Below are positions 38,999-50,175 of a stretch of 55,665 bases of DNA, in pieces. The DNA comes from Atribacterota bacterium. GTDB taxonomy: Bacteria > Atribacterota > Phoenicimicrobiia > Phoenicimicrobiales > Phoenicimicrobiaceae. Both the position numbers and the translations under genes were made by a program. How positions within the stretch are numbered: the first letter of the stretch is position 1; the number at the start of each line of letters is the position of its first letter. The stretch is from positions 1 through 55,665 of the forward strand of contig DASRMF010000084.1 in assembly GCA_035648055.1 (NCBI GenBank), written 5' to 3'. Below the pieces are notes generated by a model. The model was given only the letters and a program-made list of their open reading frames with translations, made no database searches and had not been told where the DNA came from.

Positions 38999-41347
38999 TT
39001 AAAAAGGACTTCTGGTAAGAGCATTTTTTAAAACTTCATCCACATTCTTTACTAGAACAAATTTTAATCTTTTTTTGATATCGTTAGGCAAATCTTCTAG
39101 ATTCTTAATATTATCTTGAGGAATTATGATAGTCTTAATACCAAATTGATAAGCAGCAAGTATTTTTTCCTTTAAACCTCCTACCGGTAAAACCCTTCCC
39201 CTCAAGGTAATTTCGCCGGTCATAGCTACATCTTTTCGTATTGGGATATCGGTAAGTGAAGAAATTAAAGAAGTAGCCATAGTAATCCCGGCTGATGGAC
39301 CGTCCTTGGGAATCGCTCCTTCCGGAATATGAACATGAATATCACAATTTTCGTAAAACTTATTATTAATCTTAAACTTGGCTGCTCGAGACCGAGCGTA
39401 AGTTAAGGCAGCTTTCCCTGATTCTTGCATAACATCTCCCAGTTGTCCGGTAAGGGTTAATTTTCCTTTTCCGGGCATTACTATCGTTTCCACTGATAAT
39501 ACTTCTCCGCCGAGTTCAGTCCAGGCTAAACCTGTTGCCAAGCCAACAGTATCTTCCTTTTCAATTTTATCAACTTTATATTTGGGTATTCCCAAATAAC
39601 TTTCCAAGTTTTTCAGTGTGATTTTAACTTTTTTATTCTTGTTCTTTTTAAAATAAACTACGTTCAAAGCAACCTTTCTGCATATAGATGATATTTCTTT
39701 TTCTAAACTTCTTACTCCTGCCTCATGAATATATTCCTTGATTATTTTTTTCATGGCCTTTTTTGATATTTCTATATCATCTTTTTTAAAGCCATGATTA
39801 TCTAATTGTTTTGGCAATAAAAATAACTGAGCAATCTGTAATTTTTCATATTCAGTATACCCAGGAACATTAATTATCTCCATCCTGTCTTTTAGAGAAT
39901 AAGGTATTTCCTCTTCATTGTTAGCTGTGGTGATAAACATTATCTCAGAAAGATCAAAGGGAATTTCTAAATAATGGTCTCTAAAAGTGTTGTTTTGCTC
40001 AGGGTCCAATACTTCTAATAGAGCAGAGGAAGGATCACCTCTAAAATCCATAGTCATTTTATCAATTTCGTCTAACAAAAAAACAGGATTTTTAGATTTT
40101 ACGCTAACTATCCCCTGTATAATTCTTCCCGGCATAGAACCTATATAAGTTTTTCTGTGTCCGCGTATCTCTGCTTCATCACGTACACCTCCCAGGGAAG
40201 CTCTTACAAATTTTCTACCCATTGCCCGGGCTATTGATTTTGCTAATGATGTCTTGCCTACTCCCGGAGGTCCTATTAAACATAGGATTGTCCCTATATG
40301 TTTATTGCTCAATTTTTTAACTGCAAGGTATTCTAAGATTCTTTCTTTAATATCTAATAAACCATAATGGTCATGATCTAATATTTTTTTTACTTTTTTT
40401 ATATCTAATTTCTCGTTAGTTTTTTTGTTCCAGGGAAGTGATATGATCCATTCTAAATAATTTATTATTACTCCGCTCTCGGCAGACAAAAACGGTATCT
40501 TTTCTAAACGATTTGTTTCTTTGATACACTTCTCTTCCACTTCTTTATCAAGTTTTAGAGAAAATATTTTCTCTTTAAATTCGTCAGCTTCTGAATAATT
40601 ATCTTCGTTATCTCCTAATTCTTTTTTTATTTCTTTTAATTGTTCTTTTAGGTAATACTCTTTTTGATAATTTTCTAAATTTACCTCTACTCTTTCTTGT
40701 ATCTTTTTTTCTAATTCTAAAATATTTATCTCTTTTTTTAATATAACAATTAATTTCTCCAGTCTTTCCAAAGGGTTAACTATTTCCAACAAATTTTGTT
40801 TTTCTTTTACCTTTAATATAATATTTGAAGAAATTATATCAGCTAACTTATCGGCTTTTTCAATATTCTTTATTGACAACATCATTTCAGAAGGTAATTT
40901 ATTGTTTAATTGTAAATATTGTTCAAATCTTTTGATTGTCAATCTCATTAAAGCTTCTATTTTTAGATTTTTACCGTTTTTAACTTTTATTTTTTCTACT
41001 TGTACTTTAAGAAAATTATTATATGCTTCTGCATTTTTGATTTTTGCTCTACCGATTCCTTCCACTAATATTTTTATGGTATCATCCGGTAGTTTATAAA
41101 TTTGTACTATCTTGGCAATTGTTCCCATAGAATATATGTCTTCAACTTTTGGTTTTTCTATCTCCGGGTCTATCTGAGCTGCGATAAATATCAAGCTTTT
41201 TAAATTTATTGCTTCTTCTAAAGCATTAATAGATTGTTCTCTCCCTACAAAAAGAGGAATAATCATATTGGGAAAAACCACTAACTCTCTTAGTGGTAAC
41301 AAAGGTAATATATTTTTATCTAAGCTTTTTATATTTTTGTTATTCAT
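38999..41347 (-). CDS. lon: ATP-dependent protease Lon
   Basis: 782 aa. LON N-domain, AAA+ Walker [10 protein letters not shown], protease motif PKDGPSAG. Confidence 0.97.
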   Translation of the reverse strand: MNNKNIKSLDKNILPLLPLRELVVFPNMIIPLFVGREQSINALEEAINLKSLIFIAAQIDPEIEKPKVEDIYSMGTIAKIVQIYKLPDDTIKILVEGIGRAKIKNAEAYNNFLKVQVEKIKVKNGKNLKIEALMRLTIKRFEQYLQLNNKLPSEMMLSIKNIEKADKLADIISSNIILKVKEKQNLLEIVNPLERLEKLIVILKKEINILELEKKIQERVEVNLENYQKEYYLKEQLKEIKKELGDNEDNYSEADEFKEKIFSLKLDKEVEEKCIKETNRLEKIPFLSAESGVIINYLEWIISLPWNKKTNEKLDIKKVKKILDHDHYGLLDIKERILEYLAVKKLSNKHIGTILCLIGPPGVGKTSLAKSIARAMGRKFVRASLGGVRDEAEIRGHRKTYIGSMPGRIIQGIVSVKSKNPVFLLDEIDKMTMDFRGDPSSALLEVLDPEQNNTFRDHYLEIPFDLSEIMFITTANNEEEIPYSLKDRMEIINVPGYTEYEKLQIAQLFLLPKQLDNHGFKKDDIEISKKAMKKIIKEYIHEAGVRSLEKEISSICRKVALNVVYFKKNKNKKVKITLKNLESYLGIPKYKVDKIEKEDTVGLATGLAWTELGGEVLSVETIVMPGKGKLTLTGQLGDVMQESGKAALTYARSRAAKFKINNKFYENCDIHVHIPEGAIPKDGPSAGITMATSLISSLTDIPIRKDVAMTGEITLRGRVLPVGGLKEKILAAYQFGIKTIIIPQDNIKNLEDLPNDIKKRLKFVLVKNVDEVLKNALTRSPF

Positions 41348-41370
41348 ATAAAATATTAAATCTCCCTTTT

Positions 41371-42642
41371 TTACGCTGTTTCTTTTTTTAAATCTTCACT
41401 ATATCTTTTTATTTCAGGTATCTGTTTCTTTTTCACAACTTCCTCGGTAATTGTGCATTCTTCAATATCTTTCTCCGAAGGTATCTGATACATTATATCT
41501 AATATCGAATCTTCCATAATTGAACGCAAGCCCCTTGCCCCTATTTTTCGTTTTATACTTTCCTCCACAATAGCCTCTAAAGCTTCAGGGGTAAGGTTAA
41601 GTTTTACACCTTCTAATTCAAATATCTTCTTATATTGTTTCACTATGGCATTTTTAGGCTGGGTCAATATTTTTATTAATGCGTCTTTATCTAAAGCTTC
41701 CAATGTAGAAATTATATGTAATCTCCCAACCAACTCGGGGATTAAACCATACTTTATTAAATCTTCCGGCAAAACATTTTCCATTAATTTATAATTTCTT
41801 TCTTTGTCATTTTTACTTTTGATATCTGCTTTAAATCCAATATTATTACTACCCATTCGGTAATTTATTATATTTTCCAACCCTTCAAAAGTTCCCCCGC
41901 AAATAAACAATATTTCCCTGGTGTCTATCTGAATATTCTTTTCTTGCGGATGTTTTCTTCCCCCATAAGGAGGCACGCTTGCTACTGTACCTTCAATAAT
42001 TTTTAAAAGAGCCTGCTGTACTCCTTCGCCTGATACATCCCTGGTAATTGATGGATTCTCAGATTTACGGGCTATTTTATCAATTTCATCTATGTATATT
42101 ATTCCTTTTTGGGCTAAACTTACATCATCGTTTGCTACTCTTAGTAAATTTAACAGGATATTTTCTACATCGTCACCAACATATCCCGCTTCGGTTAAAG
42201 TTGTAGCGTCCGCAATAACAAACGGTACATTTAATTTTTTAGCCAAAGTCTTGGCCAACAAGGTCTTCCCACACCCTGTAGGACCTATTAACAAAATATT
42301 GCTCTTCTCTAATTCTACCTCTTCTTGTTTCTTATCTATTTTTTTATCTTTTTTGTTTTTTTTATCGTTACTGTTACTTTTTATTCTTTTGTAATGGTTA
42401 TATATGGCAACTGAGAGAATTTTCTTTGCCTTATCTTGCCCCACTATATATTCATCTAAAAAACTTTTAATTTCTTTAGGTAAAGGAACATTTTTTAAAT
42501 CAAATGGCTTGTCTTCTTTCTTTCTTCTATCTAATATAATATCATTGCATACCTTGATGCATTCATCACATATACAAACACCAGGACCTGCAACTATTTT
42601 ATATACTTCCTCTTGAGTTTTACCGCAAAACGAACATTTCAT
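41371..42642 (-). CDS. clpX: ATP-dependent Clp protease ATP-binding subunit ClpX
   Basis: 423 aa. N-terminal zinc ribbon CSFCGK...CICDEC. Walker A GPTGCGKT. Confidence 0.97.
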   Translation of the reverse strand: MKCSFCGKTQEEVYKIVAGPGVCICDECIKVCNDIILDRRKKEDKPFDLKNVPLPKEIKSFLDEYIVGQDKAKKILSVAIYNHYKRIKSNSNDKKNKKDKKIDKKQEEVELEKSNILLIGPTGCGKTLLAKTLAKKLNVPFVIADATTLTEAGYVGDDVENILLNLLRVANDDVSLAQKGIIYIDEIDKIARKSENPSITRDVSGEGVQQALLKIIEGTVASVPPYGGRKHPQEKNIQIDTREILFICGGTFEGLENIINYRMGSNNIGFKADIKSKNDKERNYKLMENVLPEDLIKYGLIPELVGRLHIISTLEALDKDALIKILTQPKNAIVKQYKKIFELEGVKLNLTPEALEAIVEESIKRKIGARGLRSIMEDSILDIMYQIPSEKDIEECTITEEVVKKKQIPEIKRYSEDLKKETA

Positions 42643-42658
42643 TATTTTTCACCTCTTC

Positions 42659-43258
42659 CTATTTCTTTACTGCTTCCTCTCTTCTTTTAATTACTTCATC
42701 AACTAATCCATATTCCTTAGATTCTTGAGCAGTCATATAGAAATCTCTTTCAGTATCCTTCTTTATTTTTTCTAATTTTTGCCCGGTATGGCGAGTTAAT
42801 ATTTCATTCAGGGTATCTTTAATTCTTTTCAGCTCTCGAGTCTGTATCTCTATGTCTGTAACCTGGCCCTGTGCTCCTCCTAAGGGTTGATGCACCATAA
42901 TCCTTGAATTAGGCAAAGCAAATCTTTTCCCTTTTGTACCTGAAGCTAAAATTAAAGCTGCGCCACTGGCAGCCATGCCTATACATATGGTGGAAACATC
43001 TGATTTTACATATTGGATGGTATCATATATAGCAATGGTAGAACTTACTGAACCACCAGGGCTATTGATGTAAATATAAACATCTTTATCGGGATCAGTT
43101 GCTTCCAAAAATAATAATTGAGCAATTACGGTATTAGCCGCTGCATCATCTATTTCTGTTCCTAAAAATATTATTCTATCCTTAAGTAATCGAGAATAGA
43201 TATCATAAGATCTCTCCCCTCGAGGAGTTTGTTCTACTACAATAGGGATTAAAGTCAT
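42659..43258 (-). CDS. clpP: ATP-dependent Clp protease proteolytic subunit
   Basis: 199 aa. Conserved [19 protein letters not shown], catalytic Ser region [13 protein letters not shown]. 4-nt overlap with the tig stop. Confidence 0.97.
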   Translation of the reverse strand: MTLIPIVVEQTPRGERSYDIYSRLLKDRIIFLGTEIDDAAANTVIAQLLFLEATDPDKDVYIYINSPGGSVSSTIAIYDTIQYVKSDVSTICIGMAASGAALILASGTKGKRFALPNSRIMVHQPLGGAQGQVTDIEIQTRELKRIKDTLNEILTRHTGQKLEKIKKDTERDFYMTAQESKEYGLVDEVIKRREEAVKK

Positions 43259-44571
43259 TCGGATTTGACCTCCTTTTTAGAATTTACTACTTTTACTTTA
43301 TTATTTAAAAAATTGATTATTTTCTCTCTTTTTAAACTTTCTTTTAGATCATCTAAATTATTGTTCTTTTTTAAAGTTGCCTCTACTTTTAAAGCATCTT
43401 GTTTCATCTCTTTAGCGATTGTTTTAATTTTATCTTCAACTTCTTTTTCGGAAACTGTAATTTTCTCATCCTGACTAATTTTATCTAAAACTAATTCTTG
43501 TTTTATTCTTTTTTCAGCAACGATTTCGTATTCTTTTTTAACTTTTTCTTCATCAGTCTTGATGTTCTTATAGTAATCTTGTAAAGATAAATCTTTAGAT
43601 TTTAAGTCATCTTCCAGAGATTGCATCATATATTCTACTTCTCTTTCAATTAATACTTTTGGAACTTTTACTTCACACACATCAACCACTTTTTCTAATA
43701 ACTTGTGTTCGTAATTATTTTTATTAACCATTTCTACTTGTTTTTCTAATTTACTCTTAATATCTTTCTCAAAATCATCTAAAGTTTTATAGTTACCTAC
43801 TGTTTTAACAAAATCCTCATTTAACTCAGGTACCTCTTTTTCTTTTACTTCCACAATTTTAACTTTATATATAATTTCTTTGCCTGCAATTTTCTTATCC
43901 GTAGCATCTTTGGGAACTAAAATCTTTATCTCTTTATCATCTCCTGCCGAACAGCCAATAAGTTTCTTACTAAACTCAGGTGGCATATTTTCCCCTAACT
44001 GAATAATTTGTTTATCAACCTTACTTCCTTCTATTTCTTTTCCCTCAATATATCCTTTTGAATTAATTACCAAAAAATCACCTTTTTTTACTTTACGATC
44101 TTTAACAATTATTAATTTAGCAAAATTTTCTTGAATTCTTTTTATTTCGTTGTTTACGTCAGTATTCGTAACTTTTACATCTTCTTTTTGAGTAGTAATT
44201 TTATCAAAAGAACCCAGTTTTACTTCCGGCTTTACTTGAACTGTTGCTTCAAAAATTAATGGTTTATCTTCTTCTATTTGTATTACCTTGATTTCCGGTT
44301 GATTTATTGGTTGGATACTATTTTTGTCTACAGCTTCGAGGTAACACTCCGGAATTAATTTTTCAGCAGTCTTTTCATAAAAATATTCTTTCCCTAAATG
44401 CAAGTTTAAAATATTTTTAGGGATTCGACCTTTTCGGAATCCTGGTATTTTTATTTGATAAGATGTATCATTGTATACTTTATCTAAACTGCTGTTTACT
44501 TTTAATTTATCCATTTCAATTTTAAGTTTCACTTCATTTTCTTTTTTCGTTATAATTTCTACTTTTAACAT
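43255..44571 (-). CDS. tig: Trigger factor
   Basis: 438 aa. Ribosome-binding N-domain ([12 protein letters not shown]), FKBP-like middle domain. tig-clpP-clpX-lon order. Confidence 0.95.
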   Translation of the reverse strand: MLKVEIITKKENEVKLKIEMDKLKVNSSLDKVYNDTSYQIKIPGFRKGRIPKNILNLHLGKEYFYEKTAEKLIPECYLEAVDKNSIQPINQPEIKVIQIEEDKPLIFEATVQVKPEVKLGSFDKITTQKEDVKVTNTDVNNEIKRIQENFAKLIIVKDRKVKKGDFLVINSKGYIEGKEIEGSKVDKQIIQLGENMPPEFSKKLIGCSAGDDKEIKILVPKDATDKKIAGKEIIYKVKIVEVKEKEVPELNEDFVKTVGNYKTLDDFEKDIKSKLEKQVEMVNKNNYEHKLLEKVVDVCEVKVPKVLIEREVEYMMQSLEDDLKSKDLSLQDYYKNIKTDEEKVKKEYEIVAEKRIKQELVLDKISQDEKITVSEKEVEDKIKTIAKEMKQDALKVEATLKKNNNLDDLKESLKREKIINFLNNKVKVVNSKKEVKSE

Positions 44572-44594
44572 TCCCTAAAACCTCCACCAATTCA

Positions 44595-44622
44595 ATTATA
44601 TAATAATTTCCCGATTGACCAA
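44595..44622 (-). promoter_or_regulatory. Putative promoter of tig (the -35 lies inside the 21-nt motif)
   Basis: Sense strand TTGGTC (44622-44617), 16-nt spacer, TATAAT (44600-44595), about 24 nt upstream of the ATG. Confidence 0.4.
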
Positions 44623-44634
44623 TTTACCAATTAA
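44614..44634 (-). repeat. Copy 3 of the 21-nt motif TTAATTGGTAAATTGGTCAAT (sense strand)
   Basis: Plus strand attgaccaatttaccaattaa, identical to 17056-17076. Lies 42 nt upstream of the tig ATG. Confidence 0.85.
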
Positions 44635-44730
44635 ATTAGTACTTACTTAGTTAGCGTGTTCGTATCGAGTATCGCGTTAAGAAAATCAGTTTTCAAAACG
44701 TAAAACTGTTTTCGGACTTTTCTGTTATTG

Positions 44731-44743
44731 CAAGCGCCCCTAC
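44731..44743 (-). repeat. Truncated REP-like head (GTAGGGGCGCTTG) without a partner arm
   Basis: Sense strand GGAAGTAGGGGCGCTTGCAAT has the same purine tract plus GTAGGGGCG head as 50712-50734, but no complementary arm follows. Confidence 0.55.
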
Positions 44744-44830
44744 TTCCTTCTCTTTTCCTTTCTTCGCTATATACTAAATACTATAATACTAATTTCTCTA
44801 TACGCTAGTCTTGTTCTATAATTGCAACAA

Positions 44831-44858
44831 AGCCGCAAATAATTTTGCGGCTGTTTTT
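44831..44858 (-). terminator. Hairpin terminator downstream of the tRNA cluster (bidirectional shape)
   Basis: agccgcaaa-taat-tttgcggct. The T-run is strong on the plus side (gtttttattt) and weaker on the minus side (ttgttgcaatt). Lies 80 nt after the tRNA-Leu 3' end. Confidence 0.55.
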
Positions 44859-44930
44859 ATTTATTTTAACTAAATTTTACAAATTTCATAAATTAAAATG
44901 CTTATATTTCCTTATCGCAATCGCATTTTT

Positions 44931-45015
44931 TGGTGCGAAGGGCGGGACTCGAACCCGCATGGAGTTACCCACTGGATCCTAAATCCAGCGTGTCTACCAA
45001 TTCCACCACCCTCGC
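44931..45015 (-). tRNA. tRNA-Leu(UAG), class II with long variable arm, CCA encoded
   Basis: Reverse complement GCGAGGGTGGTGGAATTGGTAGACACGCTGGATTTAGGATCCAGTGGGTAACTCCATGCGGGTTCGAGTCCCGCCCTTCGCACCA. Anticodon loop UUUAGGA. Confidence 0.93.
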
Positions 45016-45028
45016 ATTTTTAATTTTG

Positions 45029-45104
45029 TGGTGGGCCGTACAGGACTCGGACCTGTGACACCCGGATTAAAAGTCAGGTGCTCTACCAACTGAGCTAACG
45101 GCCC
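45029..45104 (-). tRNA. tRNA-Lys(UUU), CCA encoded
   Basis: Reverse complement GGGCCGTTAGCTCAGTTGGTAGAGCACCTGACTTTTAATCCGGGTGTCACAGGTCCGAGTCCTGTACGGCCCACCA. Anticodon loop CUUUUAA. One U-C mismatch in the anticodon stem. Confidence 0.9.
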
Positions 45105-45240
45105 ACAAATTAAAAATACTAAATGCCTACTCGTATCGCGTATTGCGTATCTGGTATCGAGTAAAGAAAAAGAACCAGCAAAAAAAATTTACACTTAATA
45201 TATAATACTATATTTATTCTAAAAATTCTACTATTATTTT

Positions 45241-45317
45241 TGGCGCGCTCGGAGGGACTCGAACCCCCAACCATCGGATCCGAAATCCGCAGCTCTATCC
45301 AATTGGGCTACGAGCGC
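45241..45317 (-). tRNA. tRNA-Arg(UCG), CCA encoded
   Basis: Reverse complement GCGCTCGTAGCCCAATTGGATAGAGCTGCGGATTTCGGATCCGATGGTTGGGGGTTCGAGTCCCTCCGAGCGCGCCA. Anticodon loop UUUCGGA. 27:43 G-A mismatch. Confidence 0.85.
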
Positions 45318-45329
45318 AGATTGACAAAC

Positions 45330-45408
45330 TGGGGTGAGCGAGGGGATTTGAACCCCCGACCTCTGGAGCCACATTCCAGGGCTCTAACCAGGCTGAGCTA
45401 CGCCCACC
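45330..45408 (-). tRNA. tRNA-His(GUG) with encoded G-1, CCA encoded
   Basis: Reverse complement G-GTGGGCGTAGCTCAGCCTGGTTAGAGCCCTGGAATGTGGCTCCAGAGGTCGGGGGTTCAAATCCCCTCGCTCACCCCA. The extra 5' G is opposite discriminator C. Confidence 0.9.
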
Positions 45409-45423
45409 ATATTTTATTTTTAA

Positions 45424-45500
<77 letters not shown>

Positions 45501-45513
45501 GAGAATATTACAA

Positions 45514-45589
45514 TGGAGCGGGAAACGGGTCTCGAACCCGCGACAACCAGCTTGGAAGGCTAGTGCTCTACCAACTGAGCTATTCCCGC
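45514..45589 (-). tRNA. tRNA-Gly(UCC), CCA encoded
   Basis: Reverse complement GCGGGAATAGCTCAGTTGGTAGAGCACTAGCCTTCCAAGCTGGTTGTCGCGGGTTCGAGACCCGTTTCCCGCTCCA. Anticodon loop CUUCCAA. Confidence 0.93.
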
Positions 45590-45667
<78 letters not shown>

Positions 45668-45678
45668 AAACAAAAGCT

Positions 45679-45707
45679 ATTATATAGGAAATATTTATAT
45701 AAGTCAA
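45679..45707 (-). promoter_or_regulatory. Sigma-70 promoter of the tRNA cluster
   Basis: Sense strand TTGACT (45707-45702), exact 17-nt spacer, TATAAT (45684-45679). The -10 ends 11 nt before the tRNA-Pro 5' end. Confidence 0.75.
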
Positions 45708-45836
45708 TGAAAAATACAGTAATGAGAAATAAGTAATGAGTAACAAGATTAAATTTCTTAAATTACAATAACAGGCACTTTTTACACGTTACTTACAACT
45801 AAAAACTGATTTCCTTCACGCAATGCTCGATACGAT

Positions 45837-45885
45837 TTATTCTGTCTTCTGATTTCTTTTTTTTCTGTTTTCTTAACCAACTAAC
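45837..45885 (+). repeat. Dispersed intergenic repeat, copy X
   Basis: ttattctgtcttctgatttct...ttttcttaaccaactaac. Matches 30501-30555 in the same plus-strand orientation. Confidence 0.75.
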
Positions 45886-45967
45886 TATGTACCCAATGCA
45901 CTATTTTACACGCTCTATGCCATTACACTATATTTTTCTTTGCTCATTACATTTTACTCATCACTCA

Positions 45968-46570
45968 TCACTGTATTCTTTTATTACCGACTATTTCTTT
46001 TATAATATCAACCATCCTTCTCATTGCTTTGCCCCTATGGCTTAGCTGATTCTTAATCTCATCTCCTAATTCTGCAAAAGTCTTATTATATTCTGGAACT
46101 AAAAAAATAGGGTTATAGCCAAAGCCATGCTCGCCTTTTGGTTGAAACCCTATAATACCCTCACATTCTTCCTTCACCATATATGTTCTACCATCAGGGA
46201 AAACAAGTACTGCAGCACAAACAAATTTCGCATTTCTTTTATCTAGTGGAACATCTTCTAATAATTTAAGTACTTTATTTATACGCTCTTCGTCACTATT
46301 TCCCCATCTTGAAGAATATATTCCTGGTTTCCCTTTTAAATAATCAATTTCCAATCCCGAATCATCTGCCAGGCATATTTTACCGGTATACTCTAATGTC
46401 TTCTTGGCTTTTTTAAAAGCATTTTCTTGATAGGTTTTACCATCTTCCTCTATCTTTGGAAGATGCGGAAAATCTTTCATAGTTAAAATCTTTATTTGAC
46501 GACCATCTAAAATATCTTTTATTTCCCTAACTTTACCTAAATTGTTTGTAGCAATAAGTATTTCTAACAT
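45968..46570 (-). CDS. rdgB: Non-canonical purine NTP pyrophosphatase (RdgB/HAM1 family)
   Basis: 200 aa. [11 protein letters not shown]-terminus, FGYNPIF motif. Conserved rph-rdgB pair. Confidence 0.93.
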   Translation of the reverse strand: MLEILIATNNLGKVREIKDILDGRQIKILTMKDFPHLPKIEEDGKTYQENAFKKAKKTLEYTGKICLADDSGLEIDYLKGKPGIYSSRWGNSDEERINKVLKLLEDVPLDKRNAKFVCAAVLVFPDGRTYMVKEECEGIIGFQPKGEHGFGYNPIFLVPEYNKTFAELGDEIKNQLSHRGKAMRRMVDIIKEIVGNKRIQ

Positions 46571-47301
46571 ATCTCTCCCAGTATGTTTTTTTCCTTTTCG
46601 ATTATTTGTTTTATTCCTGTCTCTGCCAACTTAATCAATTCCTGTAAATTTCTTTTAGAAAAAGGCTTACCTTCAGCCGTTCCTTGAATTTCTATTACCT
46701 CTCCTTTTTCAGTCATTACCATGTTTAAATCGACTTGAGCACGAGAATCTTCTTCGTAATTTAAATCTAATAACATTTCTCCATCGACTATTCCCGCACT
46801 AATTGCCCCTACATAATCTTTTATAGGAATTTCAATTATTTGTCCTTCGGCTTTTAAATAATTTAAGGCATCAAATAGAGCAATAAAAGAACCGATAATT
46901 GCTGAAGTTCTGGTTCCACCATCGGCTTGAACTACATCGCAGTCTATCCATATAGTTCTCTCTCCTAATTCAGCAAAATCTACTACCGATCTTAAGGATC
47001 TCCCTATTAGTCTTTGAATCTCGGAAGACCTTCCACTTATTTTGCCTTTAACTGAATCCCTTATATTTCTAATCTGATTCGCTCGAGGAATCATAGAGTA
47101 TTCGGCTGAAATCCAACCCCGTTTTGTCCCCCTTAAAAATAAAGGAACCTTATTTTCAACCGTAGCGGTACATATTATTTTAGTATCCCCCATCTCCATA
47201 AGAGTGGATCCCTCTGCATATTTTACATAATTCCTTTTAACTTTTATAGGTCTTGTTTCGTTAAATTCTCTATTGTTTGATCTAAACATTTCCCCTCCCA
47301 T
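46564..47301 (-). CDS. rph: Ribonuclease PH
   Basis: 245 aa. RNase PH fold with [12 protein letters not shown] 47301 overlaps the ispA stop (TAATG); ATG 47289 (MFRSNNRE) just after GGAGGGG is an alternative start. Confidence 0.94.
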   Translation of the reverse strand: MGGEMFRSNNREFNETRPIKVKRNYVKYAEGSTLMEMGDTKIICTATVENKVPLFLRGTKRGWISAEYSMIPRANQIRNIRDSVKGKISGRSSEIQRLIGRSLRSVVDFAELGERTIWIDCDVVQADGGTRTSAIIGSFIALFDALNYLKAEGQIIEIPIKDYVGAISAGIVDGEMLLDLNYEEDSRAQVDLNMVMTEKGEVIEIQGTAEGKPFSKRNLQELIKLAETGIKQIIEKEKNILGEIC

Positions 47302-48161
47302 TATCTTTTTCTTGTGAGCAAATAATCTGCTAAACTTTTTAATGTTTCCGCTTTGCTATTGAATATTTTTAGAGAATCTTTTGCTTCTTTAATTAACCTT
47401 TCGGATTCGCTCTTTGATTCTTTCATTCCAAATTTAGTAGCATAATTAGGTTTTCCCGTATCCCTTTGGTCTTGCATGATATCGAGCATATCATCAACAA
47501 TTTGAAAAGCTAATCCTATATTTTCACCATACTTGGTTAAAGCTTTAAGCTGCCTTTGGTTTGCCCCGGATAATATTGCTCCTGCCCTAATAGAAAGACA
47601 AATTAGAGAAGCAGTTTTTTTCATGTATAGGTTAATTAAATTTTCTTTTGCGATATCTTCATCATTCAAGGTTATGTCTTCTACCTGTCCTCCCAGCATG
47701 TTTTCAGTTCCAATATAAAAGGATGTTTCTTTTATTACTTTTAAAATAGATTGTTTTTTTATTTCTTTAACTTCCGAATTTTTAATAATTAAGTCAAATC
47801 CAGAAACTAAAAGGGCGTCCCCTGCTAATAATGCTATCGCCTCTCCAAATACCTTGTGACTGCTTGGCTTCCCCCGTCTAAAGTCATCATTATCTATACA
47901 AGGCAAATCGTCATGAATCAGTGAAAAAGTATGAATTAATTCAATTCCACAAGCTGTCTTAATCGTACTTTCAATATCTCTTCCGAACAATTCAGCTGTT
48001 GCCAAAGTTAAAATTGGTCTAATTCTCTTCCCTCCCCCAAAAACACTATAGCGCATTGCTTTGTGAATAATCGATGGTGGTTTTTCTTCCGGCGGCAGAT
48101 ATTCATCTAAGGCCTTATCAATGATATTTTTATTATTTTCCAAATATTTTTCAAAATTCAT
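47301..48161 (-). CDS. ispA: Polyprenyl (farnesyl/geranylgeranyl) diphosphate synthase
   Basis: 286 aa. First Asp-rich motif [14 protein letters not shown], second DDMLD. xseA-xseB-ispA order. Confidence 0.93.
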   Translation of the reverse strand: MNFEKYLENNKNIIDKALDEYLPPEEKPPSIIHKAMRYSVFGGGKRIRPILTLATAELFGRDIESTIKTACGIELIHTFSLIHDDLPCIDNDDFRRGKPSSHKVFGEAIALLAGDALLVSGFDLIIKNSEVKEIKKQSILKVIKETSFYIGTENMLGGQVEDITLNDEDIAKENLINLYMKKTASLICLSIRAGAILSGANQRQLKALTKYGENIGLAFQIVDDMLDIMQDQRDTGKPNYATKFGMKESKSESERLIKEAKDSLKIFNSKAETLKSLADYLLTRKR

Positions 48162-48420
48162 TAATTGTATCTCCTCCTTCTTTTTCAGAAAAAGGTTTAG
48201 TTGAATACTTCTCTTCGCCCTCGATTACTAATTGTTCTATTTTCTTTTTAGTTTTATTCAGTTTTTCCAAACATATTTTTGATATATTCATTCCTTCTTC
48301 ATAAGCCTTTACTGATTCGTCTAAGGTTAATTCACCTTCTTCTAATTTATGCACTATTTTTTCTAATTTTCTTAAATATTCTTCAAAAGAAATGTCTTCC
48401 GTTTTTTCCTTGCTTTTCAA
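48151..48420 (-). CDS. xseB: Exodeoxyribonuclease VII small subunit
   Basis: 89 aa. Helical XseB pattern FEEYLRKLEKIVHKLEEGELTLDESVKAYEEG. Overlaps the xseA stop. Confidence 0.92.
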   Translation of the reverse strand: MKSKEKTEDISFEEYLRKLEKIVHKLEEGELTLDESVKAYEEGMNISKICLEKLNKTKKKIEQLVIEGEEKYSTKPFSEKEGGDTINEF

Positions 48421-49646
48421 TTTAAAACAGCCTCCTTTTTTTCTACTTTGCTTAATATCTTACCATCACTTATGATAACTTCAATTTTTGATCCAACTTC
48501 AATTTGCTCCAATTTTTTAATAATTTCTTCACCAGGCACTTTTCTGCAGATACTATACCCTCTTTCAATTACTGCCCAAGGACTTAATGATTTCAGTCTT
48601 TGAGAGTCTTTTTTTATCTTTTCTTCGTATAATTCTACTTGATGCTTAATCCTTGAATTTAAACGAGCACTGAATTCATCAATATATTGGTAATATTGAT
48701 TAATTTTATTTTCCGGTCCCTGATATTTAAGGCTTCTAGCTATAGAATTTAATTTTTCAGTTTTTAATTCAAAGTTTCTTTTAACTGCTCTGTTTATCTT
48801 ACTTTTTAATAAAGTTAGGTTATTTATCAGATTATTTTTATCCGGTATAGTCATTTCAGCTGCGGCAGAAGGGGTGGGAACACGCAGGTCAGCCACAAAA
48901 TCCGAAATAGTAAAATCTGTTTCGTGGCCTACAGCAGAAACTATAGGAATTTTAGAGTTGTAGATACTGCGAGCTAATATTTCTTCATTAAAGGCCCACA
49001 ATTCTTCCAACGAACCCCCGCCTCGACCAATTATAATAAAATCTAAATCTTTAAAATATTTATTTAAGAAATCTATCTTCTTTGCAATTTCCTGAGCAGC
49101 AGATACTCCTTGCACCAGGGAAGGTACAACCAAAATCGATAGATTAGGGAATCTTCTCAATGAAATAGTTATAACATCCCTGATTGCTGCTCCGGTAGGA
49201 GAAGTTATTACTGCAATATTTTGCGGAATGAGCGGCAATTTCTTTTTAGCTTCTTCTGAAAAAAGCCCTTCGTCTTTAAGTTTTATTTTCAATCTCTCAA
49301 AAGCTAAATAAAGTTCACCCTTTCCGGACTCTATCATTTCCTTTACATACAGCTGATACTCTCCTCTTTTTTCGTAAACGCTGACATCCCCTCGTACTTT
49401 AACCTTCATACCGTCCCCGGGCATAAATCGAAGATTAGAATTGCTGCCTCTAAACATTACACATCTAATCTGGCTTTCTTTATCTTTGAGCACAAAATAC
49501 ATATGCCCTGAAGAATGCAGCTTAAAATTGGAAATCTCTCCCAATATCCATATATCCTGCAGGTTAAAATCATTTTCAAAAAGCTTTTTTATATATTTAT
49601 TAAGCTTGGAAACTGTATATATTTTTGATTCTGTATAATTATTCAT
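48417..49646 (-). CDS. xseA: Exodeoxyribonuclease VII large subunit
   Basis: 409 aa. N-terminal OB fold (YTVSKLNKYIKKLFE...GEISNFK...SGHMYFVLKD) and catalytic core (IGRGGGSLEELWAFNEE). Confidence 0.95.
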   Translation of the reverse strand: MNNYTESKIYTVSKLNKYIKKLFENDFNLQDIWILGEISNFKLHSSGHMYFVLKDKESQIRCVMFRGSNSNLRFMPGDGMKVKVRGDVSVYEKRGEYQLYVKEMIESGKGELYLAFERLKIKLKDEGLFSEEAKKKLPLIPQNIAVITSPTGAAIRDVITISLRRFPNLSILVVPSLVQGVSAAQEIAKKIDFLNKYFKDLDFIIIGRGGGSLEELWAFNEEILARSIYNSKIPIVSAVGHETDFTISDFVADLRVPTPSAAAEMTIPDKNNLINNLTLLKSKINRAVKRNFELKTEKLNSIARSLKYQGPENKINQYYQYIDEFSARLNSRIKHQVELYEEKIKKDSQRLKSLSPWAVIERGYSICRKVPGEEIIKKLEQIEVGSKIEVIISDGKILSKVEKKEAVLN

Positions 49647-49652
49647 AAGCCT

Positions 49653-50075
49653 TTAGTTTATCTTCTTCATAACTTTAGCATCTTTATCTATTTTCCCTAA
49701 AACCCCGTTTACAAAACTAAAAGAACTTTTTGTCCCATATTTTTTTGCTAACTCAACTGCTTCGTTAATAGATACACTTTTGGGTATATTTTCTAAGTAC
49801 AATATTTCATAAATTGCTATCCGAAGAATATTTCTATCAATATTAGTGATTCTTTCTAAAGACCAATTGTTAGTATAATCACTAATTGCCTTATCTATTT
49901 CAGATAAATTACTCATTACTCCTTTAACTAATGTTAGAGTAAATTCCTTAACTGCATCTGAAAATTTATCATTTTCAAAAGTGTATTTAATTGTTTCTTC
50001 TATATTAGCATTCACCAAATCAATCTGAAATAACGTTTTTAAGGCCATTTCTCGGGATAATCTTCTTCCTCCCAT
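49653..50075 (-). CDS. nusB: Transcription antitermination factor NusB
   Basis: 140 aa. REMALKTLFQ... and INEAVELAKKYG are typical of NusB. GGAGGAG lies 2 nt before the ATG. Confidence 0.94.
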   Translation of the reverse strand: MGGRRLSREMALKTLFQIDLVNANIEETIKYTFENDKFSDAVKEFTLTLVKGVMSNLSEIDKAISDYTNNWSLERITNIDRNILRIAIYEILYLENIPKSVSINEAVELAKKYGTKSSFSFVNGVLGKIDKDAKVMKKIN

Positions 50076-50090
50076 TACTCCTCCGTTTAC

Positions 50091-50175
50091 ATGGGGTCAG
50101 GTCTTGCAATGACACATTTTTCATCAATGCTTGCTTGTCGTTAAAAAAATGTGTCATTGCAAGAACTGACCCCAT
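50091..50175. repeat. Near-perfect 31-bp inverted repeat (23-nt loop) immediately upstream of nusB
   Basis: Arm atggggtcaggtcttgcaatgacacattttt (50091-50121) against arm aaaaatgtgtcattgcaagaactgaccccat (50145-50175); 30/31 positions are complementary. Confidence 0.92.

Noticed and set aside
45730-45950. Possible 6S-RNA-like structure closed by GTAATGAGCAAAG / CTTGTTACTCATTAC in the rdgB-tRNA spacer
   Set aside because: Only the putative closing stem pairs. The interior contains direct repeats, not inverted ones, so no long irregular hairpin with a central bubble can be drawn by eye.
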